NCBI RefSeq assembly: GCF_026210795.1
Contig: NC_089432.1
Coordinates: 4,340,001-4,404,000 of the forward strand
Reading direction: 5' to 3'
DNA length: 64,000 bases
DNA from: Rhizophagus irregularis
Taxonomy: Eukaryota
In this document: one piece after another, positions 37,871 to 48,713 of the stretch
Layout: every line of letters starts with the position of its first letter
Numbering within the stretch: position 1 is the first letter of the stretch
The notes under the pieces: model-generated
Database searches by the model: none
What the model saw: only the letters and a program-made list of their open reading frames with translations
What the model was told of the DNA's origin: nothing
Made by a program: the position numbers and the translations under genes

Positions 37871-39236
37871 TACTTTCAACTTCCATCAATAATCTAAGCC
37901 CTTCATCTTTTTCATTCTCATCTTCTTTATTAAATAAAATATTTCCTAATTTTTTCTTGGCGAAAATATCATTATTATTACTAAATTCAATAGCCTTCCT
38001 AAAATAATATTCAGCCTGTTTTTCATCCTTTTTAATACCATCATCACTTTCATAAAGTAAACCAAGATTATAAGCGGATTGACTATCATATAAGTCAAAA
38101 GATTTTTTATACCACTTAAAAGCTCTTTTTAATTTAATTTTAGCTAAATTATTAAGTTTTAAATCACTTAGTTTTTTTACTTTGGTAAGATTATTCACTT
38201 CTAAAGGTCTTATTAAATGGCTATTATGATATATTGAAGCCATATTTCTCATGGCAATTCTAGATAATTCTTTTTCTTCATCATTCTTAGGGTATTCCAA
38301 TTTATTTATAACATCTTTAAATAAACCTTTTGCTCTCGTTGGATCAAAAAATAATTTACCAATAGAATGCATATAACCTAAACATAATTTTGCTTCAAGA
38401 GAACCTAATTTTTCAGCTTTTTTATACCAAGACATAGCTTCCTTACAATTTTCTTTTGGACCTTTCATATAATAACCTGCTAATGCCATCTTATATTTTA
38501 TATCATTGTTTTTTTTAGCATATTCTTCCCATTCTTTTAAAACTTTATCGTCAATTGTATAAAAATTATTACTTTTATCATTTTCACCATTATGAATCCT
38601 TTTTATAAATACTTCGTAAGTACCATCACCTTTTATAGGTTCACCATCAACTAAATTTTTAATTGATTCATCTTTTATCCATTCAGGAAAATTTTTATTT
38701 AAATTTCCACTACTATTCCAATGACTGTTACCTTTACCTGTAATAATAAAAAGTGAAGCATTTTCAATGTAAGGAACATTTTTAATTTTTGTAATAACTA
38801 TATTTTTCGCTTCATCAACAGATTCTCCTTCGTGAAAATCAATTCTAGCAGTAGATAAAGTAATCTTTGGATTTAATAATTCTGAAGTATTTAAACATTC
38901 GTAATAACCTAAAAAATCATTAACCTTATTTTTCTTTATCCTTTGCTTATCACTTGAAAACCAATCTTTTAAATCGTTTTTAACTTTACTACTAAAATCA
39001 TTAGGAATTGTTATCTTATCTATAAGAGATATGACAAATTTTTTCAAACTTTTATTACTAGAAGGTTTTTCTTCAGTAGATGCAAATGTGATATCCATTT
39101 TATCTATTTCTGAAATATATCTTGTACTAACAGTTTTAAATGATTGAGCATCTAAACTTAAAGTATCAAAAGATAAGATATCGGAAAGGCCAGTAGAAAT
39201 CTTATCATTTTCTGAATTTTCTAATGTATCAGTCAT
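37863..39236 (-). CDS. Smr (small MutS-related) domain protein with C-terminal SEL1-like repeats
   Basis: RIDFHEGESVDEAK..LFIITGKGNSH..G.L...FPEWI..GDGTYEVFIK matches Smr motifs (DLHG, ITGxGxH). SEL1 repeats follow (AMSWYKKAEKLGSLEAKLCLGYM; SAYNLGLLYESDDGIKKDEKQAEYYFRKA). The stop codon lies inside the MITE. Confidence 0.82.
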   Translation of the reverse strand: MTDTLENSENDKISTGLSDILSFDTLSLDAQSFKTVSTRYISEIDKMDITFASTEEKPSSNKSLKKFVISLIDKITIPNDFSSKVKNDLKDWFSSDKQRIKKNKVNDFLGYYECLNTSELLNPKITLSTARIDFHEGESVDEAKNIVITKIKNVPYIENASLFIITGKGNSHWNSSGNLNKNFPEWIKDESIKNLVDGEPIKGDGTYEVFIKRIHNGENDKSNNFYTIDDKVLKEWEEYAKKNNDIKYKMALAGYYMKGPKENCKEAMSWYKKAEKLGSLEAKLCLGYMHSIGKLFFDPTRAKGLFKDVINKLEYPKNDEEKELSRIAMRNMASIYHNSHLIRPLEVNNLTKVKKLSDLKLNNLAKIKLKRAFKWYKKSFDLYDSQSAYNLGLLYESDDGIKKDEKQAEYYFRKAIEFSNNNDIFAKKKLGNILFNKEDENEKDEGLRLLMEVESTQ

Positions 39237-41630
39237 GTTACAGAATGTATGTTACAAGAAAATTGGTTTAAAAAATTATAATAAGTAAATAAACCTAAAA
39301 CAACGATATTTTTTTTTTTTTTTTTTTTTGCCGGAAAAAAATGGGACAAGATTTTTTTGTACGCTTTGATTATCATTACTTTATAAGGAATTGATAAACA
39401 AAAAACTTGTTTTTGTCCTGTTTTAATAAAACTTTAAATTTTTTTTTCGGAATTCGCCGTATCAGTATCAGGTATGTCGATCAAAAAAAAAAAAAAAAAA
39501 AAATATAGTAAAATATTTTTTTTTACGAATATTCGAAATATTTTATAAAAAGATATATCGTTTAAAAGTTCCCTTGATTAAAATAATATTAAAGTTAAAA
39601 TGGAATGAAATAGTTTAATAATTCATAAAATAATTTTTTTTTATACGAACCCAATCATTTGAAAATTAATTGAATCAATGTTTAACTTCCTTTAAAAATA
39701 ATTCCAAAAACATTGCATTTTTATACCTATGTGCAATATATCGAAGTTGCACCATTTTATTGCACAGAATGCCAAATAATTTGATAAAAGCCCTAAATAT
39801 TTCAAAATTGATTTTAACGGGACCTTAGACTATGATTAATTAGTCAAAGCACAGATATGCTTCTCCACAAAGATAAAATTAAAAAAAAGCTTATCTATTT
39901 TCTTAATTTTTAAACACATGGGGAAAAGAAATGAAGAAAAATACCTTATAATATTTAAGAATCTAATCTGCGAATACAGAAGTACTATATGATATAGATT
40001 TATTACATTTCCAATAAATCAAGATCGTCTACAATCACTTGTAGTCTAGAAAGTTTATTATATGACATCATCTGAAATAATGGCGTTTTACTAATATTAA
40101 ACTGTAAAACACTAAAACAAACTCCTTTTACATTTAAGTGATACCTCATTCTAAAAGTTGATGTTTCTGCAGTGTTATAATAAAACTGCAGACACAGGTG
40201 GCGCAGTAATATGAGCCATTTAATGTTATAAAAAAAATATAATAGACATCTATATGGAAAATTTCTTAATGCGGAAATATTGATAATTTTCTGCGCCATG
40301 TTTGCATGATTCTATACTAAATTAAATATTTTTTAATCAAATGCATTTTTAATATAATATATTACTATAAATAACGGGAAGTCTCTAGTATATTTTGTAA
40401 ATCGTTGATTTTCGAGTTAGTATAAACTACGCTTTGTCCACCGGAAGAAAGAAATAAATCATTAATTTTAAGAGAATCTAGAAAATTGAAATAAATTTTT
40501 TTTATCGTCGTAACATTCTGCATCTAGTGCTGATCGAATACGATAAAGCATAAATTTTGTTTACGCAATTAAAGATAATTCGTAATAGTTATTTCACTGG
40601 GAACTGTGGATATTGTAATGCCGGAATTTATCTAATGAATTATTAAATGTGGGCGCAGTACTATATTTAGTTTAGATAGAAATTTTGAATTTTATTTACT
40701 GCGGTCCGCGATGACCTTAAACTATGATGAATATTTTCGTCCATACACATGATATTAAACTGTATCATAATTATAGTCCGATTTATTGGATTATAGTTCT
40801 TGTAATTATATTTTTATTTTATTTATTTATTGGTTCGTTTTGTTTATATAGTATAAGACATCATTGTGAATGTGATTTAATCTGGAATGTGATTGTGATA
40901 ATGGTAATGTAGATCAGATAATACAATGAACTTCGGAATTGCGTAGTGATGATCATAGTAATTGTAACATTACAATAAGAATATGAATATAATTTTGGAA
41001 AAATTTGAACTCATTACAAAAGACAAAATTTACAAAGGAATAAGAAAATGCGTAAACAAAAGAAATATTAATGCATAATATCCAAAAAGAGTAATATTGG
41101 ATACAGAACTACGTAGGAACTTGAAAATACATAAAAAGAGTGAATTTTGGAATTTAGAATAAGGCGTAGTATTTTAATAGCTTATGGGGAATCAATCGAT
41201 AAAATGTTAGTAAGGTGGAAATTTGAATAATTTAATAATAATTTTGTCGTTTTGATATTATTTTATTTCATGAAATGCAATACGAGAATAATGTTAAGTA
41301 GGGAGAATTATCGCAGTCTGAAAATGATAATCGGGATTTTGAAGTTTTATTAATGTATTAAGAAAGTTGTAATATGTTAAGTATGGGGAAACTATCAAAA
41401 GCAAATTAAGAAAGTATATTGAGTAATGAATTTTGGATGAGAAAGTTATTTTTTATTATTTTATTTTAGTTTTATTAATATTATTATTATATTTTATATT
41501 TAGAAATCAAGCATAGACCTCGGGATAATTTTAGTTGTTTTGTATTAATTATCTTTATGAATAAAAGAAACAATGTTCAATGACGTGGTGGCAAATGTAC
41601 AATAGTACAGGCACGTCATTACAATATCAA

Positions 41631-41659
41631 TGATTTTCACGGCGCAGCCGTGAAAATCA
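41631..41659. repeat. Perfect 13 bp-stem hairpin, probable transposon end
   Basis: TGATTTTCACGGC-gca-GCCGTGAAAATCA; a degenerate relative at about 1403-1421 (tttacagcgcatagccgtaaa). Confidence 0.6.
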
Positions 41660-42511
41660 GTGACTCCGTGAAATAACTGATTTATCTCACGGTATCCGTA
41701 CCATAAAGCCCTTTGATATACTTATTTTGACTAATAATGATAGACTTTTTGTTCCAGGCTTTTTATCCATCTTTTTAAATAAACCCACCCGCGAGAATAT
41801 CAAGAAAGAAAAATAACAAATTTTAACTAGGACCGTGGGATAAATAAGGTATACCGCTATAGGATTATACTAATATTATTTTCTTATTATCTAATTAAAT
41901 ACCAAACTGTGTTGTACTATAATGAAAATTTAATGATACGATTGTAAATTTTGATTTTAATGTTTTAAAACATTAGGTTGTAGAATTTAAGACCTTTTAA
42001 CACTGATTAATAAAAGTTATCAATTGTAAACTGATAAAATATTAATTATGTATCTCTGCTTTGTCAATAACATATTTGTTATTACTATACTTCAAATGAT
42101 GATAATTTCATTTCAGTCGGAATTATTGTAAATTCCGGTGAATAAACCAAAATTATATCGTTGTTATGGAATACTGATGGAATTCAATTTTATTAATTAT
42201 CATTGGAATGATAAGATTTGCAAATATAGTCAAAAAAAATTTAAAGATGAAAGAAATAAATTTTATATTTGATTTACAAAAAAATTGTTATGAAACTTGC
42301 TAAAAAATTAGTTCTTAACAAAGTTTATTTTGAATGTTCGTGAAATTTCGTGTAATTTTAAAAAAATAATTTATTATAAATTGATAGCGGTAAGTTTGAA
42401 ATGTACTAAATACATCTTTGAATTTACATTCTCAAATAATACCAATTTTATTAAAGATATCAATACTTTCAATTGAACAATTAGTGCAAAATTGTTTCTA
42501 TATTTCAATAG

Positions 42512-42677
42512 ATTGAACGTAGCTAGACGTGGTAATACTCGTTCTAGCCGTGAAAATAATATCTTTGTTCCTTTAATGAACGTTCATATCCAAGAACGTA
42601 GTTATGGTTGTTTTATTCGTAGAATCTCATTACCACCGAATGTAAAATCAAATGATGACACAGCTGAAACTTCCTAA
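42512..42677 (+). pseudogene. Small heat-shock protein (HSP20/alpha-crystallin) fragment
   Basis: HIQERSYGCFIRRISLPPNVK matches the HSP20 ERxYGxFxRxIxLP motif, joined directly to FVPLMNVH; the central part of the domain is missing. Confidence 0.65.
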
Positions 42678-43160
42678 GAGCTTTTCTAAATCACTATCTG
42701 ATATAGTAGGTATAAAGATGTAATGGGTAGATGAAATAGAAAAAGAAAAGAATAAAGGACGATAAAAGAAGATATAAAGCAATACAAGATAAAGAAGATG
42801 AAGTGACATTTAGGAAATAAAATGCAGAAAAAAAGAAAAAAAAATTTAAAATAGAAAAAAAATTTAATTAACAATAATTAATGTACCGACGTAAATAGAA
42901 AATATTACATAGTTTAATAGCGTAAAAATTTAGTTATTTAATGAAAATTACTGCGTACTGCGGTACCAAGGTGATCATCGACTGGAATGTTTGGTGATAC
43001 GAAATAACGCTGTACGCTTGTACGACTATTATCGGAGAAAAAAAATATAAAATAGGCAGACACAATAAACTTTAATAATTATTACTTTTCATTTTTTTTC
43101 TTAACTTTATTGTTAACTTATCATTATTCAATACGTTTGATAACGCTCAATAATATCAAA

Positions 43161-44204
43161 ATGCAAGATACCGAGCATACAAATGAACGAGAATTTAATG
43201 ACACCTCTTTAAGTATTAATAATTCAGAATTTCAAGGAGATTTATCTCAACTTATTCAAAATTTTGATAAAATTAATATAAAAGAAATTGATCCTATAGC
43301 AATATCAAGTATACAAGAAAATCCTTCAACTGAAATAGATTTTAACATGATAGTTGATGAAATAAATAATTTGATTTTTAAATTATTAAATAAAGGATTT
43401 AAATTTAATTTAGTGAAACAGCAAGTTATTGAATATTTTAATGATCATAATATAAGTTCACAAGAATTTTATAATTGGTTATTAAATAATCAAAATAGTT
43501 TAAATTCTATTTTTTCACTTGGATTTTTTAATTATCATGGAATTGAAACAAATAAAAATGATGAGAAAGCATTTAATTTGTTTATTAAAACTTCAGAAAA
43601 AAATCATATATTAGCACAATATTTTGTTGGTGAATTTTATTTATATGGTTATGGAACTATAAAAAATGGTAAATTAGCTATTGAATATTATAAAAAAGTA
43701 GTTGATAAAAATTTTACACCTGGACAAGTAAGCATTGGTTATTGTTATTCAAATGGAATAGGTGTTGAAAAAGATTTAATAAAGGAAATTTATTGGTATA
43801 AAAAAGCTGCAAAGAATGGAAACTTAATGGCAATATATAATCTTGGTATCATATATGAAGATGGAATTGGTATCGAAAAAGATAATAATAAAGCTTTTAA
43901 ATTGTTTAAGCAATCAGCTGAAGGAGGATATTTAGATGGAATAATGATGCTAGGATATTGTTATGATAATGGTATTGGAACTAAAATTGATAAATATAAA
44001 GCATTTGAATTATATCAAAATGCTGCAAATTTGGGAAATGATATAGCACAAAATAATCTTGCTTTATTGTATGAAGAAGGAGATGGAATTGCAAAAGATA
44101 CAGAAAAAGCGATATATTGGTATGAAAAATCTGCCAAACAAGGATATGGGTTAGCAAAAAATAATTTAAGTAACCTTCTCGATAATTTATACTTTGATTA
44201 TTAA
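43161..44204 (+). CDS. SEL1-like repeat protein lacking the kinase domain (copy 1)
   Basis: ATG at 43161 (MQDTEHTNE); about six SEL1 repeats (AQNNLALLYEEGDGIAKDTEKAIYWYEKSAKQG); single exon. Confidence 0.88.
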   Translation: MQDTEHTNEREFNDTSLSINNSEFQGDLSQLIQNFDKINIKEIDPIAISSIQENPSTEIDFNMIVDEINNLIFKLLNKGFKFNLVKQQVIEYFNDHNISSQEFYNWLLNNQNSLNSIFSLGFFNYHGIETNKNDEKAFNLFIKTSEKNHILAQYFVGEFYLYGYGTIKNGKLAIEYYKKVVDKNFTPGQVSIGYCYSNGIGVEKDLIKEIYWYKKAAKNGNLMAIYNLGIIYEDGIGIEKDNNKAFKLFKQSAEGGYLDGIMMLGYCYDNGIGTKIDKYKAFELYQNAANLGNDIAQNNLALLYEEGDGIAKDTEKAIYWYEKSAKQGYGLAKNNLSNLLDNLYFDY

Positions 44205-44620
44205 ATTAAAACATTAAATTATTTTATTTACAGTGTTTATTTTTTCTAAAAATTTACAAAGATAGTAAATACACTGCTTTAAAAATAAAATAAATAAATT
44301 GTTATAATTTTATTATATATTTTATATAATCATTTTTATATACTTTTCTTTTATGTTTAAACATATTAGTGATTTTGTGTATGCCATAGTATCTTTCAAA
44401 TGTCTTTCAAATATGTTTGTATTTTTTTCTATTTTAAAAATAAATTATAGGAAAATAACTCAATTGTAAAATGATAATAAGTAAGTGAAACATAAATCTT
44501 AAAGCTAAAATAAAGGAAAGTTAATAGTTCAGTTTTCAATATTTTAGTTTTCTAACTTTTCCCAATAAAAAAAAGGATTCATTAATTAAAAGTTTTTAAA
44601 CTTAATTGCAACTATACTTA

Positions 44621-44791
44621 TCGCCGTTTTCAAAATAGTGTACGCAATTTATTTGTGGTTGTATATTCGAATACCAATATTGGCCGGTTTTCGTCCGTTT
44701 TTTGTCCATATTTCGTCCGGTTTTCGTCCGGTTTTCGGTTTTCTTTTTTTTTTATTCAATTTAACTGAGTACATCATTTTGAAAACGGCGA
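44621..44791. mobile_element. 171 bp MITE, TA-flanked
   Basis: TIR TCGCCGTTTTCAAAAT..TGTAC at both ends; internal ttcgtccg repeats; absent from the paralogous site near 57450-57465. Confidence 0.88.
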
Positions 44792-46419
44792 TAATACTAA
44801 CAATTATAAATATACAACGAATATTACTGAATTTTAATTAGTATTTTAATTATTCAAAAGCTTTTCTTTTACAGAATTCAATTCTTTATAACTAGTAGTC
44901 CTTGAAAATGAAGATTATCTGCAGCGGCAAAGACTTTAAAAGAATCTGAAATGTCATGTACATTCAATGAAAGAATACCACCATAAATATACCTACAGTA
45001 TATAACAAAAATTTCATGAACGTGAGAAACAATTTTTATTATTCGGTAATATAGTGTATATTTATTAAATTCAATTAGAAGAAATTACTTACTCTAAAAT
45101 AATTTGAATTCTGGTGAAATTTTTGGTAATTTTATGTGAGCCAATAAATTCGTCGTAAATATGGAGAACGGTAACACAAAATATTCATGTGAGCACGAAA
45201 TAATTTTACGTTAGGATCTTCACAAACTTCAATTGTAATATCATAATATTCATCATCCTTTAATAATTCAATGTAATTTCGACTTAATTTTGAAAAAAAT
45301 TGAGCAGACATTTTGTTAAAAAGAATAAAGTCTTAAATTGGAGGAAGACTATTTATATTTGTTTCATATTCGACCAAATTAGATATTTGTGTACAACTTT
45401 AAACTCGTTACGCCAATCTCCCATAACCTGTGACTTGTTTTCTCAAAAATTTGGCTGAACAAAAATTTACTTTATTTAAGAAAGTCTATTTTAATTAAGC
45501 AAATTATCGGTTCTTTCGATCTCTTGGAAAAAAAAAATGATTCAAGATCGACAAATTAAAATTAGCTGAAATCAACTATTGTGCAGGCTGAAATTATTAT
45601 TCAGATCACGAGATAGTTGACGTCATGTTTTATTTAGTGAGCATAATAAAAGAAGAAGCGAGAATAAAAAATGAATAAAATTTATATTCCATATTTATTA
45701 GTATATAGTCCAAAATATTATAAAACATTATTTAATTCATTAATAAGCAAAATTAATAAATATGAATCTTTTCCTTTACTAATTAATCTTATTTTGTTTT
45801 TTTAAAACAAACAAGTTGGTTGTGAAAAGAAAATATCATTACAAAGACAAAATAGAATCAGCGAGAAAATAGACGAATTTATAGATTCTAAGTATAATGT
45901 ATTACGAATCTATAAAACTTTGTTCGTATTATAGATTTAAAAAAGGAAGCTGTCTAATTATCTTCAAAGTATGACTATGATATTAAAATTATCAAAATTT
46001 TTTTTTTAGATATGATTATATCAATTTTATAATAAACTCTTCAATTACTAGTGGTAAATTTATCCATTCAAGAATTCACTGATTATTAAATTTACAAAAA
46101 TAAATAAAAAAAATACAAGCAATTGAAATAATTGCTAAAGTTTGACAATAATTTGTCATCGCTTGTAAATAATAATGTAAGGTGTAAACTATACAAACTT
46201 GAAATTTTATTGTGACAATTATCAAAAATAAATATTTCATTAATTTTCGTAACTTCTATAAATCAATAGTATATGATTTTAATAATTTTATAAAGTAATT
46301 TATTAATACAGTAAGTTATATGAAAGAAAAAAAAAATTATTTAAATTACAAACTAAGAATCTTTAATCTTACTACTCTAGACTTAGTGTTTAAATGTAAT
46401 AGTGTAATACTAATGTCAG

Positions 46420-48713
46420 TTAGTTTTCATCCATATCTAAATACGTTAAATTATTTTAAATAAAAAATCGAATTTAGTAATTAAAGAAATTTTTGACTAA
46501 ACAAACTTAATCTTTTAAAATACTTACTCTCGGGAAGTTCAAATTCATGTTGTTCTTCAGAATGAAAATTTGGATTATTATATATTTCATCATCATCTAT
46601 AAATAAGAAATTCGGAAGTATAAAATTAATTAATTATCATTATTACAAAAAGATAATTATTTATGTACCATCAATATTAACGTGATATTTCTTTATTTGT
46701 TCTTGCATTATTTCTTGAACATCTAAAATTAAACAAAATTACATTTAATATTAAGTGATTAAGTTAATACGTTAATTTATTAATTTACTTACCATTTTTT
46801 GAATTTCTCTTGAATATTTTTAATAATTTTTTACTATTAACTAAAAAAATTTAGCCATATATTATTATTGATTTATTTGATTAATTCCAATAAAAAATAA
46901 TAAAATTACCTTTGAAAAAGCTACTTATTTTTGATGAACTGTTCTTCCGAATATTTAATTTATCAAAATCATCAACTAAAAAAAAGAAAACAATCAAAAA
47001 ATATTTTAGAATTATTAGATTTATAATATTAATGTTACAAAAAATCAAATACTTACTATTATTAGGGATATGAAAGTCATATGATTTGTTACTGTGAAAT
47101 GCTAATAAAAGGAGACAATCTATCATTAATTATTAATAAATAAAAATTGTAAAATAATTGCTTAATTTATACCCTGTTGCTCTTCTATATGTTAAAAAAT
47201 GAAAATATTATATTAGTTATTGAACTTTTTTATAATATTTAATACTAAAATAAATACCTTCTGTTGCATTTCTTGGTTCAGAAAGATTTTCAAATTGATG
47301 AACTTTACTTGTAAATAATCTGCTACTGCTAATATAATTTTCTAAGCTATTCATTTCCGATCTATTATCATTTTCTTCTAATTTAGTTGATTCATTTGAG
47401 TTAGAATTTTGGTAATATAAATTAAGTTCTCTTATTTTTTTCCAACTTGTAACAATGTCTGGTCTGTTTAATGGATTAGCATCCCAGCATTGTATCATTA
47501 AACTTTTATATTCTATAGGAGTTCCTGGTACAATTTTTGGTCTTATACCTTTAATTATATTCATTGCAAGATAATAATCATGTTCATAATTAATAAATGG
47601 TGGTTGGCCAGATGAAATCTCCCACATAAGCATTGCAATACTATAAATATCAGATTTAAAAGTAGTTTCTTTTCCTGCAATAACTTCTGGTGCAATGTAA
47701 GGAAGATTTCCATATATACTTTTTAATGGTTTATCTGCAGGTCCACAAAATCCAAGATCACTAATATCAAATTTTTGACTTCTTTGAGCAAAAAGTATAT
47801 TTCCAGAATGCAAATCTCTATGAATTGCATTTTCATAATGATGAATTTTATAAAGTGCATCAATTATATTAACAGCAATTTGAATTCTTTCTTTCCATGT
47901 AAATTGATTATGATTTTGTTGTAAATATTTTCTTAAATCTGTATCAAATTTATCCATTACAAGCATATAATCTCCATTTAATAGATCTTGTGTCAAACCA
48001 TAACATTGAACAATCGAATCTGACCATTTATTACTTATATTTAAATGTGAAGTAGCCTATAAAATAAAGAAATGTTATAAAAGCTTTTAAATAAATAATT
48101 GTAACATTATTAGATTACAAACCTCTTCAAACCAACGTTTATTTGCACTTTCAAAATTTTCTAATCTTTTAAGTACCACATCTTGTTCCCCAAATCTTTT
48201 TAATTGTTGTTCTTTAGAATCCCATTCATCATATCTTCCATGAATCCACTCGGCTGTATATATTTCAGAGCATCCACCTTTTGTTAAATAATTAATATTT
48301 TTTAAATTACTATATGGAATCCATTCAACTATACTATCTGGTTCAATTGCTTTCATTTGACATTCTTGTATTAAATTATCAATGTAATCATTTCCAGATG
48401 TCCAATTTGAAAATTTTGCTTTTAAATAATTTCGAACACAAAATTCACAATATAATGTAGCTAAACATTTTTGGTTACAATTTTCACAAACTCTTCTTAT
48501 TCCTTCATTAAAAACAATTTTATTACTGTCATAAATTTTAGTCAATTTTCTTATTGCTTCAGATTTTTCATCTTTTGTAAGTGATTCATCGGCAAGAATT
48601 ACTTGTTTTTGAAATTTATTTAATTCATGTAAATTATTGTAAATATTATAATCTATTAGTGCATATGCTCTATCAATTGCAGCATTAATTAAATTTTCTC
48701 TAATAACAGACAT
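46420..48713 (-). CDS. TKL-type protein kinase with CxxC-CxxC motif and micro-exon tail
   Basis: Same exon plan as 13484-15904. HRDLHSGN, DLG and YIAPE are intact; terminal exons give ..HSEEQHEFELPENMDEN*. Confidence 0.9.

Larger units (their letters stand above)
42940..44890 (+). repeat. Segmental duplication, partner at about 55630-57590
   Basis: Promoter, SEL1-only ORF and ~650 bp of downstream DNA align by eye with the second copy, apart from copy-specific transposon insertions. Confidence 0.9.

Noticed and set aside
40370..40390. Possible third Helitron 3' end (aacgggaagtctctagt)
   Set aside because: Only half of the hairpin is present; too weak to call.
43110..43160. N-terminal extensions from TTG starts in the ORF track (also 55678 and 11703)
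   Set aside because: Eukaryotic genes; the ATG shared by all paralogues is at MQ(D/G)TE.
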